A stretch of 64,000 nt of DNA from an uncultured Spirochaetota bacterium (GCA_963820525.1 CAWGAA010000001.1:1696001-1760000); one strand, 5' to 3'. Positions 1-10,911 are shown, numbered from the stretch's first letter. Notes: a model not told the origin generated them from the sequence alone. Program-made: numbers and translations.

Positions 1-32
1 ACAGATCGATTTCGAGGGGCTACATTCGATTT

Positions 33-57
33 ACACCCCTCCCCGGGGGTGGGGTGT
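33..57. promoter_or_regulatory. Putative CsoR operator (C-tract/G-tract inverted repeat) upstream of copA
   Basis: ACACCCC-T-CCCC-G-GGGG-T-GGGGTGT pseudo-palindrome 30 bp before the copA ATG; csoR is in the same operon; CsoR operators are C/G-tract palindromes. Confidence 0.7.
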
Positions 58-87
58 TACGGCAAAGGGGACAAGGAGTAGGGTTCC

Positions 88-2559
88 ATGAAGACGGACA
101 ATCTGACAATAACCGGAATGACATGCGCCTCCTGCGCTGCGCGAATAGAAAAGGTGGTAGGAAAATTGGATGGCGTGAAGACTGCCAGCGTCAATCTGGC
201 AACAGAGAAGCTTCACATCGAGTTCGACGAAGGCAAGCTCACCGAGGATGTGGTGAAAAAAGCCGTTGAAGAGGCGGGCTATGGAATCGCTCAGGCGGAA
301 ACGGCGAAGCGGGTCGTGATGCCGATCGAAGGCATGACGTGCGCCTCCTGCGTTGCTCACATCGAAAAAGCCGTGGGCAAGCTTGTGGGGGTCAAGACCG
401 TGTCCGTGAACCTGGCCACCGAGAAAGCAGACATCCTCTACGAGCCTTCCATGGTCAGGCTCTCGGCCATCAAGAAAGCCATCACGGATGCCGGCTATGC
501 TCCCCGAGAGGTCGACGCGTCCGAGGCTGTCGACCATGACGCAGAGCGCAAGGAGCGGGAGATCCGCTCCCTGTGGAAGAAGTTCATTGTGGCGGCTGCG
601 GCCTCGGTGCCCCTTCTCTACCTTGCCATGGGGCACATGATAGCGTCGGCCCGCCTTCCCCTGCCCGCGTTCCTGACCCCCATGGAGCATCCCCTGTGGT
701 ATGCCCTGGCCCAGGTCCTGCTGGTCATCCCCGCCATCCTCGCGGGAAACCGCTTCTACCGCAACGGATCCAAGGCACTCTGGCACCTGGCGCCCAACAT
801 GGATTCCCTGATCGCCATTGGAACGGCGGCGGCGGTGCTCTACAGTCTCTACTCCACCGTTCGCATCGCCCTGGGGAACGCCGAGGCCGTCCAGAACCTC
901 TATTTCGAGACGGCGGCCGTCATCATCGCCTTGATCCTCCTGGGAAAATCCCTCGAAGCCATGTCCAAGGGCAAGACCTCCCAGGCCATCAAGAAGTTGA
1001 TGGGCCTGGCGCCGAAGACCGCCACCGTGCTGCACGACGGGGCCGAGATGGAGATCCCCATTGGCGAGGTGGAGGTCGGAGACCTGGTGCGCGTGAGGCC
1101 GGGAGAGAAGATCCCGGTGGACGGCGTCGTGAGTGAAGGCTACACCTCGGTGGACGAGTCGATGCTCACGGGAGAGCCGATTCCCGTCGAGAAGAAGCCG
1201 GGAGATCAGGTCACGGGGGCGAGCATCAACAAGAACGGCTCCATCGTATTCCGCGCCACGCGGGTTGGAGCCGACACTGCCCTGGCCCAGATCATCAAGC
1301 TCGTGGAGGAGGCTCAGGGATCCAAGGCGCCCATCGCGCAGCTTGCCGATGTCGTATCGGGATACTTCGTTCCCATAGTCATGGCAATAGCGCTCCTGGC
1401 GGCGGCGGCGTGGCTGGTGTCGGGCCAGAGCGCAGTATTCAGCCTCACCATCTTCACATCGGTGCTCGTCATCGCCTGCCCCTGCGCACTCGGGCTTGCC
1501 ACGCCCACCGCCATCATGGTAGGGACGGGAAAGGGAGCCGAGAGCGGAATCCTCATCAAGAGCGGGGGGGCGCTCGAAGGCACCCACAGGATAGAAACCG
1601 TCATCCTGGACAAGACGGGGACAATCACCGAGGGAAAGCCGGTGGTCACGGACGTTGTGGCGTTCGACGGCGTTTCCCCCGATACGCTCTTGAGCCTCGC
1701 CGCTTCAGCTGAGAAGGGTTCCGAGCATCCCCTGGGAGACGCCATCGTGCACGGCGCCGATGAGAAGGGGCTCGCGGTCCCGGCCGCGGAGAGCTTCCGG
1801 GCCATGCCCGGCCGCGGGGTGGAAGCGCGGATCGACGGCAAGTCCGTGCTCCTGGGAAACGAAAAGCTCATGGAGGAGCGGGGCATCGCATTGGGCGGGC
1901 TTTCCGCGAGATCGGCCGAGCTTGCCGCCCAGGGCAAAACCCCCATGTTCATCTCCCTCGACGGCGTTCCCGCCGGGATTGTCGCGGTGGCGGATGTCCC
2001 CAAGGAATCGAGCAAGCGCGCCGTCGCCGAGCTTCGCCGCATGGGCCTCGAGGTTGTCATGATCACGGGAGACAACGAACGCACGGCGCGCGCCGTGGCC
2101 CGAGAGGTGGGCGTGGACAGGGTCATGGCCGAGGTGCTTCCCCACCAGAAGGCCGAGGCGGTCAAGAAGATTCAGGAGAAAAAGCGCATGGTGGCCATGG
2201 TTGGAGACGGCATCAACGACGCGGCCGCCCTGGCGCAGGCCGACATCGGAATCGCCATCGGCTCGGGCACCGACGTGGCAATCGAGAGCGCCGACATCGT
2301 GCTCATGCGCGGTGACCTGATGGACGTGCCGGCCGTGATCCGCCTCTCCAAGGCCACCATCAGGACGATCAAGCAGAACCTTTTCTGGGCTTTCTGCTAT
2401 AATGTGCTGGGCATTCCCATCGCGGCGGGGCTTCTGCACGTGTTCGGCGGGCCGCTGTTGAGCCCCATCTTCGCGGCCGCAGCCATGAGCTTCAGCTCGG
2501 TTTCCGTGGTGAGCAACGCCCTGAGGCTTCGAAGGTTCACGCCCGCCCGGGCGAATTGA
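88..2559 (+). CDS. copA: Cu(+)-translocating P1B-type ATPase
   Basis: Two N-terminal GMTCASC HMA domains, TGEP, CPC, DKTGT, HP, GDGIND, and YN / MxxSS Cu(I) signatures; RBS AGGAG. Confidence 0.95.
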   Translation: MKTDNLTITGMTCASCAARIEKVVGKLDGVKTASVNLATEKLHIEFDEGKLTEDVVKKAVEEAGYGIAQAETAKRVVMPIEGMTCASCVAHIEKAVGKLVGVKTVSVNLATEKADILYEPSMVRLSAIKKAITDAGYAPREVDASEAVDHDAERKEREIRSLWKKFIVAAAASVPLLYLAMGHMIASARLPLPAFLTPMEHPLWYALAQVLLVIPAILAGNRFYRNGSKALWHLAPNMDSLIAIGTAAAVLYSLYSTVRIALGNAEAVQNLYFETAAVIIALILLGKSLEAMSKGKTSQAIKKLMGLAPKTATVLHDGAEMEIPIGEVEVGDLVRVRPGEKIPVDGVVSEGYTSVDESMLTGEPIPVEKKPGDQVTGASINKNGSIVFRATRVGADTALAQIIKLVEEAQGSKAPIAQLADVVSGYFVPIVMAIALLAAAAWLVSGQSAVFSLTIFTSVLVIACPCALGLATPTAIMVGTGKGAESGILIKSGGALEGTHRIETVILDKTGTITEGKPVVTDVVAFDGVSPDTLLSLAASAEKGSEHPLGDAIVHGADEKGLAVPAAESFRAMPGRGVEARIDGKSVLLGNEKLMEERGIALGGLSARSAELAAQGKTPMFISLDGVPAGIVAVADVPKESSKRAVAELRRMGLEVVMITGDNERTARAVAREVGVDRVMAEVLPHQKAEAVKKIQEKKRMVAMVGDGINDAAALAQADIGIAIGSGTDVAIESADIVLMRGDLMDVPAVIRLSKATIRTIKQNLFWAFCYNVLGIPIAAGLLHVFGGPLLSPIFAAAAMSFSSVSVVSNALRLRRFTPARAN

Positions 2560-2568
2560 TGGAGGAAA

Positions 2569-2850
2569 ATGGTAATGGATCATTCAAGTCACGACTCAAA
2601 GGACGCCCTGGGACTCCTCAAAACCGTGCGGGGACAGATTGACGGAATCATCAGGATGGTGGAGGAGGACCGTTACTGCATCGACGTGTCGAAGCAGGTC
2701 CTCGCCTCGGTGGCCCTCTTGAAGAAGGCGAACCTCGTCATCCTCAAACAGCACATGAACACCTGCGTGAAGGACGCCATCCAGACGAACAAGGGCGCGG
2801 AGAAGATCGACGAGATCACGATGATCCTGGAAAAGTACCTGGAGCGGTAG
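2569..2850 (+). CDS. csoR: CsoR-family metal-sensing repressor
   Basis: GQIDGIIRMVEEDRYC...HMNTC (Cys...His-x3-Cys) fingerprint; directly after copA. Confidence 0.92.
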   Translation: MVMDHSSHDSKDALGLLKTVRGQIDGIIRMVEEDRYCIDVSKQVLASVALLKKANLVILKQHMNTCVKDAIQTNKGAEKIDEITMILEKYLER

Positions 2851-2968
2851 CGGGGGCAGGGACCCCCAGGTCTCGTCTTTCCTTACGGGTTTGGAGAGTT
2901 TTCCCTATGCTGAAAGCCCGCAGAACGTTCCAAAAAAGTAGCCGTCCGATTCTTGGTACGCGATAGCA

Positions 2969-3850
2969 ATGGGCAATTCCGACGCCGCTTTAGTACTTCT
3001 CGGCACCACCGGCCTCCGCGTCCGCCCCCTCGGCATAGGGACCAACAGGTGGGGCCCCGGCAGGGGCTCCGGCAGGGCTGCCCGCCCGGAGCTCAAGCCT
3101 GTGTTCGACGAGGCTCTTTCATTCGGCCTCACCTTCTTCGACACGGCCGAAGTGTACGGGATGGGCGGATCCGAGCGCACGCTTGGGTACTGCCTAAAAG
3201 CCGCGGGCGGCGATCGAGCTCTCGCCCCCGTGATCGCCACCAAGTTCTTCCCCATGCCGCCCGTCTCCATAGAGACCTGGGCAGACGCACTGGCGGACAC
3301 GGTTGATGCCGGCCTGACGCGCGCCGTGGGGGTTTCGAACCACAATCCTGCCGAGATGCGCAGGGCTCACGCGGCCCTTGCGGCGCGCGGTGTCCCCCTG
3401 GCGTGCAACGAGGTAGAGTACAGCCTGCTCAAGCGGGACGTGGAGAGAAACGGCCTTCTGGCGGCATGCCGGGAGCTTGGCGTGACGCTCATCGCCTATA
3501 GGCCGCTCGCCCTCGGGCTGCTTCCGGGAAAGCACACGTCGGCCAACCCGCCGTCGGGGTGGCGCGGGATGGCCTTCCGCCGGCTGTATCCGCCGGGGAT
3601 CGAACCTCTCGCGGCGCTTCTCACGCGCATTGGCGAGCAGCACGGCGGGAAAACGGTGACGCAGGTCGCCCTCAACTGGGTTATCTGCAAGGGGGCCTTG
3701 CCCATTCCAGGCGCTACCCGAGTTGATCACGTCCGGGAGAACGCCGGAGCCCTCGGCTGGCGGCTGACGGATGAGGAAATCGCCGCTCTCGACGCGGCCG
3801 AGGAACGGCTTCGCGCTTCTATTCGCGACAAGGAGAATCCCGATGCGTAG
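2969..3850 (+). CDS. Aldo/keto reductase, apparently internally deleted (possible pseudogene)
   Basis: DTAEVYG, ATK, GVSN, YRPLA, QVALNW and IPG motifs present; the SL-x-RL...DLYxxHWP segment is missing. Confidence 0.85.
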   Translation: MGNSDAALVLLGTTGLRVRPLGIGTNRWGPGRGSGRAARPELKPVFDEALSFGLTFFDTAEVYGMGGSERTLGYCLKAAGGDRALAPVIATKFFPMPPVSIETWADALADTVDAGLTRAVGVSNHNPAEMRRAHAALAARGVPLACNEVEYSLLKRDVERNGLLAACRELGVTLIAYRPLALGLLPGKHTSANPPSGWRGMAFRRLYPPGIEPLAALLTRIGEQHGGKTVTQVALNWVICKGALPIPGATRVDHVRENAGALGWRLTDEEIAALDAAEERLRASIRDKENPDA

Positions 3851-4736
3851 AAATGTCCTGATCCCTGCCCTGGTTTGGGTCCTCGTGCTCGTCGCCACGG
3901 CGAGCGGGCTCTTCTATCGCACGAACGAGCCGCGAATCGGGCACCTGACCGTGCGGGGAGAGCACGCCGTCTTCCAGGGAAGCGGGCTATACCGCTTCGA
4001 TCCGGCCGTTCTCGCCCGTGAAGGGATAATCTGGGACGTGATCAACCTCGCGATCGGCCTGCCCCTGCTCGCCGCCGCAATCTATCTGAGCGCCCGCGGC
4101 TCGCTGCGGGGAAGGCTGCTCCTGGCGGGTCTCCTCTCCTACTTCTTCTACGTCTACCTCATGTATGCAACAATGATGGCGTTCAACCCGCTTTTCATTG
4201 TGTACGTGGCAATCTTCGCCCTGAGCGGGGTCGGCTTTTTCATCAACCTTTCGAGTATCGATGTTGCAGGCCTTCCACAGAAGATGGGCCCCCGCTTTCC
4301 CCGCCGGGTCTTCGCCGTTTTTTCGCTTGTCGTCGGGGCCATGCTGGTCTTCCTATGGATGGGACGGATCGTCCCCATGACCATCTCCAACGCCTTTCCT
4401 CCCGAGCTGGCGGGATTGAGCACCCTCGAGCCCCAGGCACTCGACCTGGGCCTGCTCGTCCCGCTTGCCCTCGCATCGGGGATCCTCCTTCTCCGCCGTT
4501 CACCGTGGGGATACTTCCTTATTGCAGTCATGATCACCCACGGCTTCATGATGTTTATCTCGGTTCCCAGCTGGATCGTCGTGCCGCTGATCCAGGATGG
4601 CGCCGTCAACGCATTCGAAGCGAGCCCATTTCTCCTGGTGAGCCTCCTGGGGCTTTTCCTGACGGTCTGGTTCTACAGAAATGTGCCGGGCAGGTCAGCC
4701 GCCGCGGCGGCGCAGCCGGAGCAACGCAGGATTTGA
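3843..4736 (+). CDS. Multi-pass membrane protein of unknown function
   Basis: About 9 hydrophobic segments; ATG 3843 with RBS AGGAGA overlaps the AKR stop. Confidence 0.75.
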   Translation: MRRNVLIPALVWVLVLVATASGLFYRTNEPRIGHLTVRGEHAVFQGSGLYRFDPAVLAREGIIWDVINLAIGLPLLAAAIYLSARGSLRGRLLLAGLLSYFFYVYLMYATMMAFNPLFIVYVAIFALSGVGFFINLSSIDVAGLPQKMGPRFPRRVFAVFSLVVGAMLVFLWMGRIVPMTISNAFPPELAGLSTLEPQALDLGLLVPLALASGILLLRRSPWGYFLIAVMITHGFMMFISVPSWIVVPLIQDGAVNAFEASPFLLVSLLGLFLTVWFYRNVPGRSAAAAAQPEQRRI

Positions 4737-4743
4737 ACCGTTC

Positions 4744-5253
4744 CTACGCGATGATCGGTGAGCCGCCCATATAGGGAGGAAGACCTTCGGGGTATCTCCT
4801 GACGAAGCGCTCGTAGTTTGCCTTGTACAGGGGCGTATGCTCGACCCTTTCCAGCCAGAGGATTGCGGCCTCGACGACATCCTCGATGAATACCCGAACG
4901 TCGACGTTCAGGATGTCGAAGATCTTGTTGTTGTGCGGCACGATCCCCGCCATGCCCGGCTCTATGAAGATCACGCGCGACAGCCCGCCGGCTGGAAGAT
5001 GAGTGGTCGCCTGGTGGAGCATCTTGCACCTGACGCGATAGAGATCCCAGCCCGCGAGCAGCGGGGTGCCGCGCACGGAGTACCGCGCGCCGACGTTCTT
5101 GTCGAACCACGCCGCGTATTTTTTGCCGTCCGCTTCGCCGTTGGATGACTCGAGCGCCCCGCAGATATCGGGGACGCAGAGAGCGGAAAACAGCGCAACG
5201 TAGTACAGCCCGGAACGGTTTGCCGCCTGAATCTGGTCCAGCAGGTCTTGCAT
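4744..5253 (-). CDS. Hypothetical protein with HEPN-like Rx4H motif
   Basis: LYYVAL..AL..PDICGALE helix pattern and YRVRCKMLHQ; start chosen at ATG 5253. Confidence 0.65.
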   Translation of the reverse strand: MQDLLDQIQAANRSGLYYVALFSALCVPDICGALESSNGEADGKKYAAWFDKNVGARYSVRGTPLLAGWDLYRVRCKMLHQATTHLPAGGLSRVIFIEPGMAGIVPHNNKIFDILNVDVRVFIEDVVEAAILWLERVEHTPLYKANYERFVRRYPEGLPPYMGGSPIIA

Positions 5254-5356
5254 CGCGTGCTCGATCCGCGGCCGGGCGCTCGTTGGCATGCCGCCCGGTC
5301 CGGTCAACCCGATTATCGGCAGATCAGGGATAACCTGCTGGCCTTTGCCGGATATT

Positions 5357-6889
5357 TCACGGGGTGGGGATCGGGTACCCCCGTCTGGCAAGCTCGAGGC
5401 GCGCGTGCGCGGTCAGCTGCTTCAAGCCCGATGCCCGGATGAATGCGATGTCCGCCTGGCCCTTCTGGCTGCATCGCTCGAACGAGAGCGCGGCGGAAAC
5501 AAGCCCCTCGCCCGCCCGGGCTTCCTCTCCCCTCGCCTCAGCAAGATCGGCCAGCGCCAGATAGTCGCGCGCGGCCGCTGCATTCTTCGAGAATACCGCT
5601 TCGGGCACGGCCGAGGCCACGGAAGCCCTGTTCATGAGGGCGATCTCCCGCTCGTCGTCCGTCTTTGCCGCGGCGACGGCACGGTCCAGGAGAGCGAAGG
5701 CATCGTTTACAAACATCACGGCAGAGGCCGGCGATCCGGCCCTGCCCCCCTTCATCGCAGTGATCGAGCCAAGGTAGGCAAGCGCGGCAGGGTTCTCCGG
5801 CTCGCGGACCAGCACGCCCCTGAATGTCTTTTCAGCTTCTTCAAGCCTTTCCAGCGAGAAGAGCCCCGCTCCGGCTCGAAGAGGATCCGCCGATGCCGCG
5901 TCAGCCTGAGCGCGTGAACGTGCCGCCGCTTTTTCCACTTCGGCCTGTTTTTTTGCCTCTGCTTCAAGCTTTTCCAGGTCCACCGTTCCTGCCCCGAGAG
6001 CCGGGGTTCCGGGCAGGATAGTCACCGGGCGCAGGGTGGCATACCTGAACGAGGCTTCGTCGTAGGAGCCGAGCTGCGCCTGCTGATCTTCCGCTCTCGG
6101 CGCCAAAACATCGAAAACGCGCGGGGTCAGAGTCGAACGCGCGCCTCCGGCTGAATCGGGTGTGGCGCGGCCATTCACCCGCATGACGTTGTCCACGGCC
6201 AGGGGGTCATACCCGCAGACGAGCACGTAGTGTCTCGTTGGCCTTCCGTCCAGGATGCGCGTGACCTGGGGGACATCCATCGGCAGGCGAACGTAAACGG
6301 TCCTCTGGTCGGGGACCGCAATGATCGGCACGGGACGCTGGATCTTGCCGTCGGCCGTGCGCATGATCGCGCTCGCGTGCCAGCCGTCGATCTCTACCAT
6401 GACGTCCCAGGGCGCCGCCGGATCGAAGGATGCGAGCTCCGCCCTGGGGACCGCCGTCTCCGTGGATCCTGAGCCGCCGCCCGTATCGATATAGATGCGG
6501 ATCGAGCACAGCGAGAAGCCGTTCGGGGCCTGGTGTGGGTTTTCGAACCGCAAGAGCGTCACGGCAAGCTGCCAGAACTGGCGCTGGTCGGACCATGCGG
6601 CGTCGAGCTCGGGCTGGAATACCGTGTATTTGACAAGGTCGAAAATTCCGTGGGCCTGGAACAACGGTCCCCGGGGATAGCCGAGCCGTCCGTCACCGTT
6701 ATCGTCTCCCGTCGGATCATATACCCGCGCCATCTCGGTCCCGCCGTTGAACCTCGGATCCACCTTGAGCTTGAGGAGCGCTTGAAGGCCAGCCGTGATC
6801 GCGGAGCCCGAGAAGATGAATCCGATGGGGATCGAAAAAAAGGAAACGATGGCAATCGCCTTGAGCACTATGTCCATGATCGTTTTCAT
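5357..6889 (-). CDS. Membrane-anchored glucodextranase-type DOMON-like domain + TPR protein
   Basis: N-terminal TM; DPTGDDNGDG..YP, NP..APNGFS..I.IYID motifs; C-terminal TPR-like helices; RBS GAGG. Confidence 0.75.
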   Translation of the reverse strand: MKTIMDIVLKAIAIVSFFSIPIGFIFSGSAITAGLQALLKLKVDPRFNGGTEMARVYDPTGDDNGDGRLGYPRGPLFQAHGIFDLVKYTVFQPELDAAWSDQRQFWQLAVTLLRFENPHQAPNGFSLCSIRIYIDTGGGSGSTETAVPRAELASFDPAAPWDVMVEIDGWHASAIMRTADGKIQRPVPIIAVPDQRTVYVRLPMDVPQVTRILDGRPTRHYVLVCGYDPLAVDNVMRVNGRATPDSAGGARSTLTPRVFDVLAPRAEDQQAQLGSYDEASFRYATLRPVTILPGTPALGAGTVDLEKLEAEAKKQAEVEKAAARSRAQADAASADPLRAGAGLFSLERLEEAEKTFRGVLVREPENPAALAYLGSITAMKGGRAGSPASAVMFVNDAFALLDRAVAAAKTDDEREIALMNRASVASAVPEAVFSKNAAAARDYLALADLAEARGEEARAGEGLVSAALSFERCSQKGQADIAFIRASGLKQLTAHARLELARRGYPIPTP

Positions 6890-6897
6890 ACTCGACC

Positions 6898-8127
6898 TCA
6901 TACAAAGAGAAAGGAGCCGGTGGTCAGCAGGTGGAGAAACCGCGCCACGGTTTCCACGGAGAAGGATCCGCAGATGATCATTCCGATGGTGAAGCCGCTT
7001 GTTGTCATGAGGGCTCGAGGCGAGAGCAGCTCCTCGAGTGCCCTGGCAAGCCCGGGGAGGAGCCCGCGCGTCTTTCCGGCGCCGGCCAGTCGCTGACGCC
7101 AGCGGGCGGCCAGCCCCCGCGGCGAGCCGCAGGCGCGCGACCAGGAGAAACGGTAGCCCGCCGCCCCCGTGGGACAGGCGGTGACGCACTCGCCGCATTT
7201 GGTGCAGGTGCGGAGAATCCGCGGGGGATCGGCGGCCATGACGGGGCATTCCTTGGCGCATTTACCGCAGCGCGTGCACAACTTCTCATCGATTCCGACG
7301 CGGTAGGGAGAGACCACGTCAACGAGGGACTGGAACGCGCCAAAGGGGCAGAAGCTCATGCACTGCGTGCGCCGGCGGGTGACGATGGGAAGGATGATCG
7401 CCATTGAAAAGAAAGCGAGCACGAAAAGGATGAAGGCGAAGAAGGTGATGGCGTTCGTCACCTCGGCGTACTCGGTAACGATCTTGAACGGGCACAGCCA
7501 GGTGCAGTACACGCTGGTCATTGTGGCCATGCCGGCCAGGGCCACAAACGCAAGCATGGCGAAGCTGAAGTACCTGACCCTCTTGTTCGGGGCCCGTATC
7601 TCCACCTTCGCGCGCGATGCCAGCCGAGAGGCTCCATCGTCCCACCCGCCGTAGAAGCAGACCCACGAGCACCAGCCGCGGCCGATGGTCAGCGTGGCGA
7701 TGAGCCAGATGGCGATCATGCCGTAGATGGAGGCGAAGTAGTTGGTGAGCTGCCCGGGAAACACGACGACGCCCGAAAGAAGGTACGGGATGATGGCCTG
7801 GGGAATGACGATGTGGCAGAAGGGAGTCTGGCTGAGGAAAGTCTCCGCTTGGGTCAACACCATGGATCCCCGGCTCTCCACAAGCCGCGCGATGAAAGCC
7901 GGTGCGAAGAGCAGGGCCGAGCTTACGAAGAAGATCCTTCGAAACGTGGAGACTCTGCCCGTTCGCTGCAAGGCGACAAACAGGGCCAGAAGAGCCCCGG
8001 CAACGATCCACGCGGCAATCCGCTGTCCGCCGTTGGACATGCCGATGAGAAAAAAGTACTCGAAGAGCGCCATGATGCCGCAGAGCACGACCACGGTCGC
8101 GACTGAAAAACCATCCGTTCGCTTCAC
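6898..8127 (-). CDS. Membrane polyferredoxin (NapH/YccM-like 4Fe-4S binding protein)
   Basis: GRGWCSWVC, YCTWLCP, CMSFCP and two CxxCxxCxxxCP motifs; multiple TMs; GTG start. Confidence 0.85.
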   Translation of the reverse strand: MKRTDGFSVATVVVLCGIMALFEYFFLIGMSNGGQRIAAWIVAGALLALFVALQRTGRVSTFRRIFFVSSALLFAPAFIARLVESRGSMVLTQAETFLSQTPFCHIVIPQAIIPYLLSGVVVFPGQLTNYFASIYGMIAIWLIATLTIGRGWCSWVCFYGGWDDGASRLASRAKVEIRAPNKRVRYFSFAMLAFVALAGMATMTSVYCTWLCPFKIVTEYAEVTNAITFFAFILFVLAFFSMAIILPIVTRRRTQCMSFCPFGAFQSLVDVVSPYRVGIDEKLCTRCGKCAKECPVMAADPPRILRTCTKCGECVTACPTGAAGYRFSWSRACGSPRGLAARWRQRLAGAGKTRGLLPGLARALEELLSPRALMTTSGFTIGMIICGSFSVETVARFLHLLTTGSFLFV

Positions 8128-8137
8128 GTTTCCCCCC

Positions 8138-8767
8138 TTATGCCGCGCCGGCAAGCCCGATGACCAGCAGGAAATACAGGCCGAGCAGGGTCATCGCGGA
8201 GCGCGCGACAAATCTGAAAACCTCGGATCGGCGCAGCACCGCGGGAAGCCCCAGGAGGGGAACCAGCCAGACGCTCGTTCCGATGAAAAAGAAGATGAAG
8301 TAGCCGGCGCCTGAAAGCGGGCTTGACCCGGCAAACACCCGTGCGGCGGCGGCGAAGAAAGGCGGGCAGATCGACGCCCCGGTGACCAGGCCGAAGAGAA
8401 ACGCGCTCATTCCCGGCCGCCAGAGCCTGCGGGCAATCTCGCATGCCTTGACCCGGGGGAAGGCTTCGGACAGCCCTGCAACGATCATGACGGCCCCGGC
8501 AAGCGAGTAGGAAATCCGCGTCAGGAGGCGCGAGAAGCCGGGATCCACGTACCGCGCAGAATAGGCCCCGATGGCGCCGAGGGCGGCGCCAACCGCGATG
8601 TAGGCGAGGAGACGGCCACCAAGGAAAAGGGCCACCAGGATACCGTTGGCCCGGAACGGCTTTCCGGCTCGCGCCTGCGAGGAGAGGAAAGGGAGGGCCA
8701 CCGGCGCGCACGCCACGGCGCAATACGTCCCAGAGGAAAGCCCAAGGAGAAACGCTTCAATCGGCAT
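8138..8767 (-). CDS. DsbD_2/TauE-like membrane protein
   Basis: GLSSGTYCAVAC, GRLLAY, G..ICPP motifs; about 6 TMs. Confidence 0.75.
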   Translation of the reverse strand: MPIEAFLLGLSSGTYCAVACAPVALPFLSSQARAGKPFRANGILVALFLGGRLLAYIAVGAALGAIGAYSARYVDPGFSRLLTRISYSLAGAVMIVAGLSEAFPRVKACEIARRLWRPGMSAFLFGLVTGASICPPFFAAAARVFAGSSPLSGAGYFIFFFIGTSVWLVPLLGLPAVLRRSEVFRFVARSAMTLLGLYFLLVIGLAGAA

Positions 8768-8777
8768 TGCAGTCCCC

Positions 8778-9488
8778 CTACTCTTCGAAGTCTTTTAGAA
8801 TCCGCCGCGCCGCGGCTGCCGCCCGGGATTCGGGGGCCGCGCGGATGGCCGCCTCGCACCTGCGCATCGCCTCTGAAGCATCTCCCTTTCCCAGGGCTAC
8901 GCGCGCCTTGAGCAGCTCGACCGAGGCGCGCTCCCCGGCGGAAAGCCGCGCCCTCGATTTCTCTAGCAATGCGAGGTCTTCCGCGGCGACATCCCAGCGC
9001 TTCAACGGAGACTTCGCGCTCACGGACACGGAGTTTTCAGCCCGAAGGAAGCGGAGAACTACCGATTCGGGCGCCAGGTCAACGGCCTCGTCCAGTTTGC
9101 GGGCGCCCTCGTCAAGCTCGACGGCCGCCTGCGCGCCCGCCCCTGTTTGTGCAAGCAGACCGGCATGGAGCATGAGCGCGCTTCCATAATAGGCAAGCGC
9201 CATCGGCTCCTTTCGGGACGCGAGCGGCTTCAGAATAGAGAGCGAGGCCTGCACCCAGCGGCCGGGATCCGACACGGCGAGGTTATGCCGGACGATTCCT
9301 GTGACAAGCGGAAGCAAAGCCGGCGCCTCACGCTCGGCCTTTTGGATCAACTCCTCAGCCTCGGCTTGCGTCCAGCATCCGCCTGCCAGAGCGATGAGGG
9401 CGGATTGATCCAGCGCGCGGTCCTGCGCGCCAGCAAGCGCCGCGCCGAGGCAGCCCAACGCAACAATTATAGATACTCTTATGTTCAT
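8778..9488 (-). CDS. Exported TPR-like protein
   Basis: Signal-peptide-like N-terminus MNIRVSIIVALGCLGAALAGA; Ala/Leu-rich helical repeats (AYYGSAL, LDEAVDLAP). Confidence 0.65.
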   Translation of the reverse strand: MNIRVSIIVALGCLGAALAGAQDRALDQSALIALAGGCWTQAEAEELIQKAEREAPALLPLVTGIVRHNLAVSDPGRWVQASLSILKPLASRKEPMALAYYGSALMLHAGLLAQTGAGAQAAVELDEGARKLDEAVDLAPESVVLRFLRAENSVSVSAKSPLKRWDVAAEDLALLEKSRARLSAGERASVELLKARVALGKGDASEAMRRCEAAIRAAPESRAAAAARRILKDFEE

Positions 9489-10819
9489 CTGTTCCTCCCG
9501 TTCAAATCGAGCCGCGGGAAATCCGTCACGCTCGTGAAAACGAGCCGGCCGGAGCCCCGCGGATTCCATCCATAGGAAAGAGAGAAGAAAGCGAAGACAG
9601 GGTTGTCGAAGGAGATCTTCAGCCCTATCCCAAAGGCTTCGAGATCCCGCAGCTCTGCGCCGGGAAGAGTCTGGGCAACCGCGGCATCTGCGAAAAGAAA
9701 GGGGGCAAAGGCCAGGGAAATAAAGGAAAACATTCGAAGCGGAGGCAGGACAAAGCCAATCTCAGTGCTCGCCAGGGCAAAGCCCGATACGAACAGATCC
9801 ATGGGTGCGTAGCCGGATCGAACGGAGCGATCGGCCTTTCCCGCAAGGTCGAACAGGCCGTACGCGGGAAGGCCGCCCTTGACGGGAAGCAGGCCGCCAT
9901 AGGAAAGCCTCGCCGCGGCAAACGGCCCGCAGTCATCCGGGGATGAAAGGCGAGTCCAGCCCGAACCTTCAAAGGTCGCGTACGCGCCGCCATCGATAGA
10001 TAGAGAGATGCCCGCTGTATTTTCGGAATACGCCATGAAGCGAAGGGCACGGGAGCGAGACAGGCTTTGCGCGGCCAGGCCGATCCTGGGAACCCACTGA
10101 AGGCCGCCCGTCGTGTCCGGATACTCACCGAGAGCGTGGGACGAGTCGGGCAGGAGCCATCGATACGACAAACGAGAGTCGACAAAGACCAGGATGTCGG
10201 GGCTTATAGAGAAGCCGGCCGCCAAATCCGCGTCGATATCGTGAAAATCCAGAAAACCAGTACCGATCGCATTTGAATAGAAAGCATCGACACGATACGA
10301 AAAAGGCCCTCCCTCAAGAGAATCGTCTTCCCAGGCTAGGCCCGCCAGGTTGTACCCTGCGGTGATGCTCCACGATTCTCTCCGGCCGTCAACATTGTCC
10401 TTGCCCACAGACGCAAAATAGGGGCCGCCGCCGAACCTCCAGAGAAAGCCTTCCTCGAGGCGAACCGTCACCAGCCTGCCGTCAGGCGCGCCCGCAAGGG
10501 GGGTCACGAACACCTCGGCGCTGTAGAAGAAGCCGGAAGCAGCGAGCCTTTCCTGCGCCGCCGCCCTCCTGCCTTCCAGATCCGCGGCGCTCATCGAGTC
10601 GCCGGGAGAGATTCCGAGAAGCGATATTATGGTTTGTGGAGCGGTTATGCCCTCGACCGCGCGAGGGGGAACGGCGGAGCCGCTCGTCCAATCGTAGCGC
10701 AGCTCGCCCACGATCATGCGCACCTTGATCACCATGACGCGCTCCCCCGCGTCTCCCCATGCCGCGGCAGGCGCGATCAGCTTGAGAACCATGGCGATGA
10801 CGAGGATCCTGCGATCCAC
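9485..10819 (-). CDS. Omp85/BamA-TamA-like outer-membrane protein (one POTRA-like domain + beta barrel)
   Basis: Signal peptide; POTRA-like RLAASGFFYSAEV; alternating beta strands; VRSGY; C-terminal FGIGLKI...LSYGW. Confidence 0.6.
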   Translation of the reverse strand: MDRRILVIAMVLKLIAPAAAWGDAGERVMVIKVRMIVGELRYDWTSGSAVPPRAVEGITAPQTIISLLGISPGDSMSAADLEGRRAAAQERLAASGFFYSAEVFVTPLAGAPDGRLVTVRLEEGFLWRFGGGPYFASVGKDNVDGRRESWSITAGYNLAGLAWEDDSLEGGPFSYRVDAFYSNAIGTGFLDFHDIDADLAAGFSISPDILVFVDSRLSYRWLLPDSSHALGEYPDTTGGLQWVPRIGLAAQSLSRSRALRFMAYSENTAGISLSIDGGAYATFEGSGWTRLSSPDDCGPFAAARLSYGGLLPVKGGLPAYGLFDLAGKADRSVRSGYAPMDLFVSGFALASTEIGFVLPPLRMFSFISLAFAPFLFADAAVAQTLPGAELRDLEAFGIGLKISFDNPVFAFFSLSYGWNPRGSGRLVFTSVTDFPRLDLNGRNR

Positions 10820-10911
10820 GAAAACCCCCTCTGCGCGGAAGATTCGGCGATCCGCCGGTCCGCTTGGGTATCTAACCCCAGGGGGCTCTCGCTGTCTGTC
10901 GGGAGATAGGT

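Noticed and set aside
31..1587. Long antisense ORFs (also 30900-31865, 31974-33359, 58739-60076, 62676-63842)
   Set aside because: Shadow frames of high-GC coding genes, with no motifs or RBS.
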